NCBI GenBank assembly: GCA_023213395.1 | Contig: CM041465.1 | Span: 78,747,741-78,811,740, forward strand | Source: Cycas panzhihuaensis | Lineage: Eukaryota > Plantae > Cycadophyta | Reading direction: 5' to 3' | Length of the DNA: 64,000 nucleotides | Part shown: in pieces, positions 1-13,000 of the stretch | Layout: each line of letters opens with the position of its first letter | How positions within the stretch are numbered: the stretch's first letter is position 1 | Translations under genes and position numbers: made by a program | Notes under the pieces: generated by a model | What the model was told of the DNA's origin: nothing | Database searches by the model: none | Seen by the model: only the letters and a program-made list of their open reading frames with translations

Positions 1-2823
1 GGGTTTGATAGGCAAAATAATAAGCATTCCCGAGTATGGTCACCAAAATGTTTGCTAGGTAGAGTAGGTATGAGACCTAGAGCCAGAGGTTCACGTAAGA
101 AAAAGAGGCAAATCTCACTCTATAGGTAACATATGTCCTATGTGTACTGAAAATTTATGAGAGAGTATGGCCACCAATTATATTCAAGATATAATAATTT
201 ATGTAGGATTTGTTATGTGACTTTCAAGTAAGGAAGGAGATCTTAACTCACAACATATACAAATGCTACATCAATTCTTTTACCAAAAGTAAATTAAATA
301 GGGTGCAAAATACACTCTTACCTTGTTTAATGCTTGATGATATGTGTCCTTGATGTGTGTGTCCTTGATGAAGCACTTCAATGATCCATTTTCTTATTTC
401 TACCTGTAAGACAGTATCACAAGGGAAACTACTAAGAAATTGATTGAACATTAGAGAAACCAATGCAAAGCTATATGAAGGGCAAGAAAGAATGCCTCAG
501 TATTAGGGATAAGGCTTTTAGTTGGTTTTGTTTGTGTGTGCGTATATTGTTGGTATGTGTGTAGTTCACTGAACTAGTTTCTCCAAAGCAATACAACAAA
601 ACAAACAAAAAAATAAATGAAATATGAACAAAGTAAACAAATCAAAGATGTGAAAGAGAGATCAAACCAAATAGATTAATATCGATTCCACAACAAGAGT
701 GATTCAAAACACCTTACTCAAGTGTCAGCAAGTAGGGGATGGTGACAACATGAGGCCATTCTGTGAAGAAGTAGATGTTATTCTCAACCAAAAGAGAATG
801 GAATGAGGATATTTATAGTGAAAACTAAGAAGATAAAAGGAGAAAAATCTCAAGACATATTGTGAAGTCAGTATTTTAGACCAGTAGGCATTAATTGCAC
901 TATTTTTAATGGATATTGTGAAGATGGCCTTGAGCACCACAAAATTGGACCAATGAGAGAAGGCGAAATCATAAAAGGAGCATAACTTCCTCATATGGTG
1001 CCCATTTTTGACCCGTGAGTACTTAATTCCCATCTACTTAAAGAGATCTACACAATAGCATAGGTGAAATTAATAATGACATTCAAAATCAAGGTGAAGA
1101 TGTACTAAAAAAAAGTGTGTGAAAACCATAGAGAACGTTTGTGCTGACCAAGATGAATTTCTCAAAAGGACATAACTCATGTCAAGTCGAGATGGACACC
1201 CAAAGGAGGCAAGGAAGAGAGTGAACTAATGACAAAGGATCATGTGTGTGAAACAATGGCAAAGTATACACAATAATGGCAATCAAGAGAGAAATTGCAA
1301 TGGAAAAACCATGTCATATGGACCATAATAATCAAAGGGATGACCTCCGATGTTGTATCTCCATAATTAAATGGGTGTTATAGAAAACAGATCCCAAATT
1401 ATCATCAACAGGGGAGTGCAATATGAAAAGGCAACAAACTAGGCAAATGCTCATTCACATGCAATCTCAAGCAAATGACAAACAGTAGTATACGGTCCAA
1501 TGCATATCTAACTAATGAGAATAAGAGCAACCTGAGATTCCTAGATTGAGGGTAGGAGGCCAAAAATCAGGGAAACCAACATTACATCGAATATTATGAA
1601 ACTCAAAATATCCCAATACTATGTGTCTTTATTATTCAAAAGTTCCCATTAACGTCACTCTTTTTTTCCCTTCTATCTTTTGCCAAACAAGTATCCCCAC
1701 TGTCACAAATGTGGAGCCCATATTTTATAAAATTCATTTTTATCCTTTTGTGCTCCACCCATTTTCCATTTACTTGAAATTCACTAACATCATTGGATCA
1801 TCTATGAAGCATGGAGTTGCTGCTATTCATTTTTGAAAAACTTTTTGCACCATTGCACTTTATGCATCTTGCATTCACTTAAAATTGTGTAAGGTTATTG
1901 AAATATTTGCAAAGTGCCAAGCACGGAGCTACCATAAAACTCTATTTTTTTCTTTGCTCTTTGCCCATTCTATTATTGTGTTGTGATGCCTTTGGCCCTT
2001 AAAACTGCTCCAAAGCATGAAGAATGCTTGAACAATAGAATCATCAACACTTTTGACATTTTTCTCTTGATGCAAGACCATTCTAACATTGACCTTGATG
2101 CAACTGATTTTTGACACCATAATTTAAGATTTTACTCTACCTTCAAATACATGAAATGACCTAATTTTCACTATTTCAACTTAATAATCTTGACAATAAC
2201 TACTAAACGCAGAAATCAAAATATCTAGTGAAAACTTCCAAACTACAAAAAATTTGATATACCCTCATAAGGTTAACAAAGAGTTAACCCCTTTGCTTTA
2301 TTATTTGGTGATAAATCCATTGAACACTATTCACTCAAAGGATCAATGGCATTCATACGAGTTTATATTGGAAGCCATCCACCCTATGTATTTCTAGTCT
2401 ACTCATCAAGTTGATATGGTCGCAAAGAGACCTTTAATTTGTTTCTTAATTATGAGTCTATTGAACTCCCTAGAAATCCTTGGATAATTAATGACATTTA
2501 ATGTAGTAATAAATGCACATTAACATCCTTACATTGCTTTCTCCAAAAACTTTGAAATTTGACTACCAACTCTCCATACTCCAAAAGGTTTTGCATTATT
2601 GAAATGGAAACATCAATGCCTGAGACAACACATAAGATATCCTCATTGGTTATTGCCTTGACATGAAAAGCTACCCTATATTTGTTAAACCCATTGTCTT
2701 TTGTTGGTTTTAATCTCCAAGCTTTTATTTCATATGGTGCATTAATTCTAAACTTTGAATTCTCCAAAATTCAACCCAATCTGGAAGTTCTCTTGTTGAA
2801 ATGAACTCGAAGAGGATGATAAC

Positions 2824-3061
2824 TGGTGTGAAGACACTGAGAGAAGAGAATAGAATGCAAAACTCTAAAGTGTCATTCTATTAAATCCTTCAAATATAAA
2901 TACATGAGTGAGAGGTTTGCATGATGGACATTTGCCATCCATGTGTTACTTGCTATTTGTATATTAGAACAATAAGGAAATAATCAAAAAAGCGTAAAAA
3001 GATAAGAAAGAATAAAGAAGGAAAGGAGGAATAAAGAATAAAGAATAATGACTATTCACCA
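2824..3061 (-). repeat. 3' LTR of the truncated Gypsy element
   Basis: Bounded by terminal inverted repeat tggtg...cacca and immediately followed on + by gttcctcc (PPT complement). No partner LTR is present to confirm the left boundary. Confidence 0.6.
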
Positions 3062-6000
3062 GTTCCTCCATGCTGAGAAGAAATTTCCCCCATTTTTTAC
3101 TGAAGATAGGGAAGGTTGTTTCTAAAATCCGTTTGGCTTGTGTGGGTCAAGCTCCTTTTCTGTCAATGAGGTATGTGGTGGTGAGTTGTTGTCGGGTGCG
3201 CCACTATCTAGTGTCTAGAAAAGTATCTTTCTACAATGGTGGTTGAAAGTCAGGAATGGTATTTGATGGATGTGTGAGAGGGTTCGACTTCTAATTATGG
3301 GGGCTCGTATAATTTTAATTGGTTGACGTTTACCACATTGTGAATTCCTAAATGTGCAGGTAAGTCAAGTTGATAAGCATTGGGGCCGAATTGTTGAAGA
3401 ATGGTATGAGATCCAAACCTTATAGGTTTGAGCTTGTGATGGTGTTTGAACCTTTATCTGTCCAAATGGAGCCAAACTCTTTTGCCAACGTTCAAACTAG
3501 TTGAGACCCGATGTTGATCGTGTTGAGTCTTGTAGTTTTCTTGAGTTTGGTGTAGTATCTGTTGGACTGATGTGTGTACACACGAAAGATGCTCAATGAA
3601 GTTGGTGGCCTTTTGTTGTTCCTTGTCTTTATACTTGGTGGCTGGAGATGGTAATGCTAAAGGAAGTCCGTATAGGGCTAGAGGTTGGTAGCCATAGAAA
3701 ACATCAAACGGAGAGTGTCTTGTGATCGATGAATTGCTCAATTGTAGTTGTCCTGAATATGGTAGAGTTGCATATCCCATTGTTTATTGTGATGCTGAGA
3801 AATTCTAAGGGCTTGAACCAATGTCCTATTAACCACTTCGGTCTGGCCACATGTTTGCAGCTGGAAGGATGTAGAGAACTTGAGCTAGCACCCAAGCAAC
3901 TTCCATAAGGATTGCCAGAAGTGACTCAAGAAACGACTATCCCTATCTAAAATGATAGAGAGTGGTAACCCAAAATGGGTCCAGATATGTTGAAAAAAAA
4001 GTGTTACAATTGTATGGTAGAGATCTCCTTTTTGCACGGTATGAATATGGCCATTTTGGAGAATCGACATACAACGACAATGATGTAGTCATTGCCACAT
4101 TGTGTGGTGGGCATTCCACTGAGGAAGTCCATTGAAATTGATTCCCATGGTTGGGTTGGGACTAGTAATGGCTGATAAGGACCGAGCTTCCTATTGGATA
4201 GCTTAAATTGACTGCATAGGGAGCAGTATTGTTGCAAATGTTGAAGTGTCTTTTCAGTCCCAAAATGACCATTGTAGGAGGATGAGTGAACTTCTTTAAG
4301 AAGTTGTTGCCATGGTGCACTAGTAGGTACGCAGAGCTTATTGAGTTTGTATAATAAGTCATCCTTGATATGGAAATCCAAGTATGGTTCCATATTGGTA
4401 GTTGTTGGATGTGTTAGTGCCTACATAATAGGTTAAAATTGAGGATCTATATGGTAGAGATGTCACTAGTCTGCATAGGAGATAATGTGATTGTTTAGCA
4501 ATGTGGTGAGTGCCATTGTTGGAGGGTGGCTAAGGAAATTTGCTACTTTATTAGATCCTCTTTTCTTGTATTTCATAATGAGGTTGAATTGTTGTATATA
4601 AGATGCCCACTTGAGATGCCTATGCTCCTAAATTTTTGACTAGGTGTTGAGGAGCTGCAATGGTTAAGGATCGGTATGAACTATGATTTCTTTGCCCACT
4701 AGGAAATGTTGCCAGTGTTTAAGAACTTGGACGAGGGTGTAGAATTCCTTGTCATATGTGATGTAATTAAGCTTGGCTTGTGAGAATGCCTCTGAGTGGT
4801 AGGTGATGGGGTGTCCTCCCTGCTTAAGTACTGCACCTAGAGCAAATTGAGAGGCATCCGTCTTGAGTTTGAAGGGTTGCTCCTCATTGGTTAGATGGAG
4901 AACTGGGGTTGTGCAAAGGGCGACCATTAGTTTGTGGAATGCTGATTCAGCCTAAGGACTTCATTTTGAATTCCTCTATGTTGCTGGTGAGAGCATTCAA
5001 TGGGTGTGCAATGCTCAAAAAATGCCTGATGAATTTCTGGTAGAAGTTGACACAATCCAGGAAGCTTTTGAGCCGAGTAAGCTTGTTGGGAGTTGGCCAA
5101 GTATTAATAACTTGGACCTTTGCTAGGTTGACTTGAATTCCTTGGTTGTTTATGACAAAGTCGAGATAGGAGATAGTAGTTTGGCCAAAAGACCACTTCT
5201 TAAACTTGGCCTTTAATTGGCATTGGTGTAACAGTGAAAGAACTATGTCAAGATGTTTTGTATGCTCCTACAAGGTCCTGTTGTAGACCAATATGTCGTT
5301 GAGATAAGCAATAATGAATTTGACAAGATATGGGTGAAAGATGTCGATGATAAGTCGCATGAAGGTGGTAGGAGCATTGGTAAGTCTGAAGGGCATCACA
5401 AGCCATTCATATAATCCATGTTGCGTTTTGAACGTCATCTTCTAGGTATTCTTGGCATCCATTCAAATTCGATGGTAGCCGGAGGCCAAATCAATTTTGG
5501 AGAAGTATTTCACTCCTTGAAGCTAATCAAGTAAGTCATCTATGCATGGTAGTGGGTACCTATTTTTCACTGTTACTTTATTGAGAGCTCTATAGTCGAT
5601 ACATAATTGCCAGTCATTATTTTTCTTGGGTACTAGAATTGTTGGAGGTTCGCAAGGAGAGCAACTAGGTTGGATTTTTCCTTCATCTATTAACTGTGCC
5701 AATTGTCTTTCGAGCTTAGCTTTAGTAATAGGTGTAGTTCAATATGGAGATCGATTGGGTAATGATGCATTGGGCAAGAGATCGATAGTGTGCTGAATTG
5801 CTCTTAGAGGAGGCAGTCCTTTTGGTTCATTAAACATATCAACATATGCATCTAAGATAGTCTGTATTGTTGCTGGCAGAATTTTATTACAATTGTTTGT
5901 TTTGGCTTGGTGAATGATACAAAGGGCCATGGATTTGGATGTGCTGACTAACTTGGATGCTTGATTGCCTAAAAGTAATGTCACTATGGTTATTAGCAGT

Positions 6001-6460
6001 GTTGCTGTGGTGAGTTTGTACGCCTTTCTATCTTTGGGGATTGTATAGCTATTAAGGTTACCCATCATAGAGTGCCTGCGATCATGCTGATAAGGTCGAC
6101 TGAGGAGTAAGTTGTTGCAGTCCATTGGAGTTACATCACAGTTGACAATATCTATAAGTGACAGGATGGCGAAGGTAACTGTGCAGACGTGCTTGATGAC
6201 TGTAGGTTGCCCACTGGTAGTGACCCATCCGAGGGTGTATGGCCGTGGATGAGGCTTGGTGGACAGCTATAGAGTGTATACCATTGCTTTAGAATTAAAT
6301 TTTTCATGCCGCCATTATCTATGATGTAGAGTGCTATTCTATCTTTAATCTGGCAGTTGTGGGTGAATAGCTTTTCCCGCCCTTATATCGAGTATTTTTT
6401 TGGCCATCAGCACTAAGTTTGGATCAGGTTTTTCTGGATTAATGAGAGGAATGATAGACT
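2824..6460 (-). mobile_element. Degenerate Ty3/Gypsy LTR retrotransposon, 5' half (gag, 5' LTR) missing
   Basis: Minus-strand remnants in Gypsy order: protease region (~6000-6450), RT (~5000-5740), RNase H (TDASQFALGAVL, 4664-4927), integrase (GHFGTEKT, PWESISMDF, DRDSRF, 3450-4400), with many stops and frameshifts. Purine tract ggaggaac (minus strand) abuts a short LTR. Confidence 0.9.
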
Positions 6461-7238
6461 ATGAAGGTAAAGTTATGCATTTATTTGCCCAAAATATTGG
6501 TGAATCCATGAACAGTGTTGCAAACGCTTTGGCAGCTTTAGCTGTTCTTAAGGAGGCTAAACACTGAGAGCTAAAAAGAGTCTGCTTGGAAGTGGACTCT
6601 CAGATTATCCTTGATTCACTCCAAAAGTCAGGAAATATGGATGAGAATAGAAGTGATTGATCTTGGTAAACAATTTGAGGAGCTCTTCTTTAGCCATGTC
6701 AGGAGAGAAGTAAATGGGTAAGCTGATCTTTTGGCAAATATAGGCACTGAAAGTGGTTGGGGAGTGAAGAAACTAAACTCCACCCTTGAGGAAATCAACA
6801 ATATGTATATCAAAGGGACCATCATTCACACTTTAGAGAAAGACATCAGACCTTCAGAAGAGGATTAGTATTAGTTTTATCATTGTTTTAATTTTCCCAG
6901 TTTTGTTGGATCTTCTTACTTGTTTCTTTGAACAGCTGATGCTTTGTTTGTTTTGTTTATCCACAGCTCTGCCTTGGTCACTTAAGTAGCTGGGGATGAT
7001 GATGCTTTTCATCTTGTTTCTTGAAGAGAGGGGTGATATTTTCTACTCTCTAGCAGCAGTTCAAAGAGAAGCAGCATTGATTTTCTTCTTTGGGCTCTTT
7101 AGAAAGCTTGTTTTGATGGTTGATTAAATGTATTTCCCTGATCATTTTTTATCGTGTCTGATCCTCTTCCTGTTGAAGTAACATGTTTGTGTCTATACTG
7201 TAAATTTATTGTGTATTAATTCAATCTTCCTTTTTTAC

Positions 7239-7243
<5 letters not shown>
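6461..7243 (+). mobile_element. 5'-truncated LINE (L1-like) 3' end: RNase H domain remnant plus 3' UTR
   Basis: + strand translates to GKVMHLFAQNIGESMNSVANALAALAVL...CLEVDSQII...FSHVRREVNG*ADLLAN, matching the plant LINE RNase H motifs (ExDS, HVxRExNxxADxLA). A T-rich UTR follows and ends in a simple repeat. Confidence 0.75.

Positions 7244-7301
<58 letters not shown>
7244..7301. repeat. (AT)29 microsatellite at the LINE tail
   Basis: Perfect dinucleotide run of 58 bp. Confidence 0.97.
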
Positions 7302-7304
<3 letters not shown>

Positions 7305-8210
7305 CTTATACTAGAAAAACTCTTAAAATGAATGCATTGACCTTCGTAGGATCCATTAATGATAGATCAACTATATAAGAAATCCCATTTTGAGTTATTA
7401 AAAGCAGTCTGCACACTCTCAGATCCTATCAGCCCTTGTAGGGTAAGAGAACAGACAAAGCACTGCTTCAATTCAAAGCCCAACCTGGGTAATTATTCAT
7501 TTGATTTTTCTAACATTCAGGATTTTGATCATATCCACCCTTGTGACATGGAATTACATTAACTCAGAGCTTATTAGTCAAACAACAATTGTAACCGTAA
7601 AATATAAAGAAATTGCAACATGAAATAGATTGCACAGCTCTGCCAGCAGAATATTCAGTATTCAATCTTCTGCATTAACATCCAGGGAAGCAATTTGTAA
7701 ATAAAGATTTTCCTATTGAGTTACAAGATAGGACTAGCATTTGGAAGACTCTATTCTTTGCAACCGAGAGATATAACCTCAATGACAGACATAAACTTCA
7801 TATTTATCCCTGCAGTTGGTCCAATAATTCATAGGACCGTTGCTTACTGCCATATTCCATCTTAGCTTCCTCCACTTGAATTTTGAATAGAGCTTTCCTA
7901 CACACCTGTCCTATCCACGCATTCCACCCTTGGATGAATCTACATGTAGCAATCCTCTCAGGCAGGCTGAGAATGATGGCTATTGTCCAAAAGAGAACAA
8001 TAGAAATTGAAAAAAAATCACATGCTTATTGTTGAAAGAACATGAAAACTGTGAAAGAACTCATTAGTCTATTGACACTATGAACCTAAAATGCTGACAG
8101 GATGCTTTGATGATCCAAGAAGTTCTTGTGCTCCAAAATACAATTTTCATTAGTGTGATGAAAGGCTCAAATATTCTGAATAAAATAAGCACACTGAACA
8201 CACAACATAC

Positions 8211-8311
8211 CCAATGCAAGTGTTGTTAGCCAGACATAGTAGTGAGTTTGAGACATTGATAGCAGGCTGCTGACAAATCCCCACTTTAAACACTTCTGCA
8301 CTCCAGTTTAC
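8211..8311 (-). CDS. TUBE1: Epsilon-tubulin next exon, 101 nt, phase 0/2
   Basis: After a 109-bp GT-AG intron (8312-8420) the frame continues VNWSAEVFKVGICQQPAINVSNSLLCLANNTCI(G), matching epsilon-tubulin VSWNQEGWKTSLCSVPPVGHSHSLLALANNTCV. Donor GG|gtatgt. Confidence 0.88.
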
Positions 8312-8420
8312 CTGTCACAAATATGTGCCTTTCAGATTGTATGTGAAAGTCTTTCATGAAAGTGCATGTTTTTGCATTCCAAAGCTGGAAAAGAAAATCA
8401 TTTTCACCATGGAGTAGTAC

Positions 8421-8576
8421 CATCTTCAGTCGCTGTTTGATCCTAATCACATTACAGTTGAGGTCTGAAATAGTACAGATACTGCCACGCATTAATAATG
8501 CACATGCCAAGTAGGTGAAACTTGCTGGATTGGCTTTGATAAGTTGATTCTTTCGAGAGAATACATCAGTGAAGAG
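8421..8576 (-). CDS. TUBE1: Epsilon-tubulin internal exon (C-terminal domain), 156 nt, phase 0/0
   Basis: Encodes LFTDVFSRKNQLIKANPASFTYLACALLMRGSICTISDLNCNVIRIKQRLKM, aligning with the epsilon-tubulin segment as I recall it (MFSDAFSKDHQLLRADPKHSLYLACALMVRGNVQISDLRRNIERLKPSL). Polypyrimidine tract plus gcag acceptor; GT donor at 8420-8419. Confidence 0.88.
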
Positions 8577-10096
8577 CTGCAAAAGAAAAAAAATTAAAAA
8601 GTCTAATATAACTGATCCCATGTTCCCTAGTGAAGGGAAAGACTCAACTACACAAAAATACAAAAGAAAATAAAAGAGAATGGACATGCCAATTCTCAGC
8701 AACAGGCAAAAGTGAAGAAGCTTTTGAAATTTCCTGTCATGCTAATTGTGTTGACATAAAAGCCTCCACTCTTAATCCTTTTTCCAAACGAATATCAAAC
8801 AACACGTTGTGGATTACTTTTGATGATTGACCCTGCTAGTTCTCCAACCGACCTGTTATAGAGAGAACATACATCATCACAAGTGCAGAGCAGTGTGTCT
8901 CTACTTTACTTATGATTTTCATGGAGAGCAATTCGGTCTTTGAAGTTTAGAAAAATTCCCAAACTAGCCTCTACATCAATTCATATCTCATGGAAACTCA
9001 AATAGTTGCCCTAATAGTTTTAGCTGGGCAGTTTTAACCAATTTTATACATTCTTCTATAACTCTGGCAGAACTTTGACTAGTCGTGGGATGTTGAACAT
9101 ATATAACAATGTGAGTGCACCACATGTTGATATCACTGTTTGACAATGATGATAGAATATCACATAGTTGTAAAAAGTACTAGTAAAATTAGCATTTGTC
9201 ACAGGAGTTATGGCTAAGTTTTGTCAGTCTCAAGCACCAACCATGCATTAAGCTGAGAAAGTTCAGTTTGCCAATTGCTAACCATCATGAACCATTTCAC
9301 TAGTTGTGATGGCAGACACCCGATTCTTATAAAGGTCCTTCTTACGACATTTTCAGTTGATTGTTAGATGACCACTAAAATTAGTTTAGTTTAATATTAT
9401 ACACATTCTCATAGAAATATGACTATTTTTCTTTTATTTATTCTGAGTGTTTAAATTGATACAATGAAATGTTGCATATACAAACACACCCACAGTGCTT
9501 CAATGTTCAAATAGTAGAATCAACTCTAAATAAAGACAACTAATGTTTTGGCACCATCATTAGCCTCGCGTTCAAGCATTGGTTTTCTAAATCACGGCAA
9601 TTGCCAACAGCCCTTAATACAGATGATATTGAAATCATATAACAAAAATGAAGAATTGGATGAAGTATAGAAAGGATTAACCTTACACCACCAAATTACA
9701 TGCAAGAAGAAAAATGACCACAATGCCGTAAATGAGACCTATTTCAATAATTCAAAACAGTTCAAATCACTGCCAGTTGCTTGTGACGCATCCTATCCAA
9801 AAGTGGCCGCCTTAATTTAAAATGAGATAGGCTATAATTATTGAGCAATGATCAACACAAACAAATGAAGACACACTTAGAAAATGTTTTATGTTTTCCA
9901 TATCAACTGTCATAGCCCACAAACTCTACAAAAATAATTGCCGAATCCACATATAATAACAATTCTCCATTCAATATTCCATATTATATAACAAATGTGC
10001 TTTCAAGAGAGAAGATACTAGAATACAAGACACTGTGAGAGAATTTTGATAAGAGTATCTAAAAGTGAACAAGTAGGAAACCAAACACCAAAGAGA

Positions 10097-13000
10097 TGTT
10101 AAACCTTATGTTTACATGTTAAAACTATGTATTTTATTTTCCATGTATTATTTGTAATTTTGTACTTTAAGGGTGACTTATCACTTAAGTGATAAAGTGC
10201 ACACCCACATTCTTTTCTAGTGACACAACATTGTCACTAAAGGGTCAAATGGATCCACATGCACTTTTGCTCACTTGAGAGCCCAAAAGGACACATGTCC
10301 TTCATGCAAGGCATGTACTTTGGATGTTTGACACTTGGATTATTAGCTGAGGTTTTGAGCTGGTTTACCAACCTTTTTCATTGTGTTCTTCATTAGAACT
10401 GGTTTTTTAGCTAATTTTTTTCTATAGAAAAGAGTGTTGAGTTATTCTCCAGCCATTTGAAGCTCTCAGACTGAATTTACTTGAAATCTGAGGCCCCCTG
10501 TAGGCTGTGGATAAATTTTGGGCCATTTTCAGCCCTCAAACTCCACTAAAAAGCTCAAAATCTCTAGTGCTAATTTTATTTAGCTTGTTCCTGATTGTAA
10601 ATTAGTTCTCAAACTGATATTAGTGATATGCAATTGTTATTTAACGTTTTTAATCAGATCTGAGATGATTTATCACTGATCTCAGTGATTTCTACATCAA
10701 AAAATCAAATTTTTTACTCTTTTTTCTCACAGCAGGCTGGTTGTCCACATTCTAACCTTGCATGCAGCTGTAGTAGACTTAAGTGAAGGGTTTTAGTGAA
10801 TAATTTGTGAGTTTAAAACCCTGGATAGCCGTACGGCTCCCATTTTTCTTCTCAAGGCTGTGCGACCAACCAAAGACTTAGACGTTCTGTTCTCTCTGCA
10901 TAGTGCATGAAACGTAGTGAAAATTTAGAGAAAGTTGAATGTTGGTTGGGCACCCCTGCTCGTCAAATTTCAACTCAATCTGTGAAGTATACATGGAGTT
11001 CTCTCCTTCTGCGTGTTCACGCAGGCCATCAAAGTCACGCCGTCACAAAAAACTTCGCATTTTTCAAAAGTATTTCAAGTTTGCACTTTATAAAACATAC
11101 TTTATGTTATGTATTTAAGAATATTCAACTTTTGATAAAGTTCATTAACCTAAGTCACTTTTAAATCATTTAAAAATCACTTTTTTAAGCTATTTTTAAA
11201 TCCTTTTTAGTGATTTTCTTTTAGTTCCTGATCATAGTGACTTCAAATTAAGTTAAAAAGACTTAATCAAGGTTCTTTTAGTAATTTCTCTTATTAAAAA
11301 GTAATATTTTTTCCTTTTTTAAAGCCTTTTTTGTCATTCAAAATTTTTGTGGCTTAATTCTCTTAAGGAAAAAATCAACTTTTTTTCACTTTTTAGAGTT
11401 AAAAATCTTTATTGTACTTAGTGATCTCATTAAATCACTAATGCTAAGTCATTCGCTCATCTTTGGAAATTAAAAATACTTGATTAAAGTGTTCATTAAG
11501 GCTCCCTGTGTGGTGTCCTTGTTCCTCAAAGTTGCAAAAAAATTGAATTTCAGCCTTTGTTTTTTGGCACTTTAAGCCTTATTTAAACACTTATTTCATA
11601 TTTACAAGTGTTAAAAGGCATTGTTAGAAGTGATTTTTAAGTGTTGTTACCTTGTCAAAGTGATCCTCATCACCATATCAACACTTTTCTTAAGGCACCT
11701 TGCATGGTGACCTATTTCCCTTGGTCACAAAAAGGGCTCAAGGAGACTTGTTACTTAATAAAATCACTCATTTTGTTGATCGTTGGGACTATTTTAAAGT
11801 CCCAACACTTGGTGCGTGGCGTCTTCATTTTGCAAGTGATCTTCCTCTCTTCATTTGCAGCATTAAAAGGAACCCACTTGCACTTTCAACACAAAGGCTT
11901 TGCTTATTGTCATTGAATACTTAGCATCTCCTTCAAGTGCTTACTTTCTCAAATTTTTTCATTGTACTCGAGCACTATTTTTTATTTGGATTTGATATCA
12001 CTACTTCACTCTATAAAGTGCTCTTGTAAAACACTCAAGATGTTCATTTTGATGTACTTGGTTGCTTCTTTTTGAAGCTCCCTTTATTGTAAACATTAAT
12101 CAAGCATCTACATCATCCAAGTAAAATAAACTCTAAAGTCCACTTTAATATTTTAAAAAGTGACTTAAAATCAAGTAGGAGAGGCCCGAAAAAGGTTCAA
12201 ACTTTGCCTCTAAAATAACCTTAAGCTTGGTGCATTCCCTAAGGGACCAACCGACTATATGGTCAGTGCACGACAATTAAGGTTGTTTGAGGAAAAGGAG
12301 GTTTGAAAAGGGTGTTATTGGCGCTGTGAATCCCAAGGAAAGCATGGTGCGTCCATCTAGATCAACCCTACCTACCTTGTCCTAGATTTAACTTGGCCAA
12401 CTATTGGATCTCTTCTATAGATCAGGGTTGGACCAACTCTTTAGCCTAGTCCTCCACCCCTCATCACTCTATTCAGTTGTTGGATCTTCTAGTAAGATCA
12501 GAATTGTTGGTTTCGTTAGAAGGTGGAGCTTAAAGCGACAAAAGCTTTGAGTTTCCAAATTATCTGCCAGCTTCAAGCCTTACAACTTCAACATGGCTGC
12601 AATTAATATGCTAAATGCATGTACCATCAGATTAACAGGACAAGACAACTATCAAGAATAGAAAAGGATCACACAAAACCTCTTGATAATAAACAAATTT
12701 TGGGGTTATGTTTCTGGAAGAATACCTCGACCCGTACCTATTGTAAATGATGGTGTAATTGTTCATCCTTATGTTGCTTGTGTTGTTGCTTAGGAAGCCA
12801 AAGATGAAATTGCTTTGGCATTCTTACATATGATTATTGATGTACATGTTGACCAGAATATTGTGTGTACAAAAACTTCGAAGGAAGCATGGGATATTTT
12901 GTCATCCTTGTATGAAAGGATGAGATGAAGCTCACATTTTGATGGTAAAAGCCAAGTTGTATTTTGTAAAATTTGTCAAGCCTATGTCGGCTTTTCTTTC

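Noticed and set aside
322-403. Minus-strand segment with good splice signals
   Set aside because: It gives an immediate stop in the phase needed after 8211 and has no tubulin similarity.
501-1410. Possible solo LTR ending catcaaca
   Set aside because: No TSD, partner LTR or clear left terminus.
2498-2767. 89-aa minus ORF
   Set aside because: No recognisable domain; probably decayed TE sequence.
8286-8702. 138-aa ORF as a standalone membrane protein
   Set aside because: It is read-through of intron sequence around the tubulin exon; the hydrophobic N-terminus is the polypyrimidine tract.
8818-8852. 35-nt AG/GT-bounded candidate upstream exon
   Set aside because: It has a stop in the required phase and no tubulin similarity.
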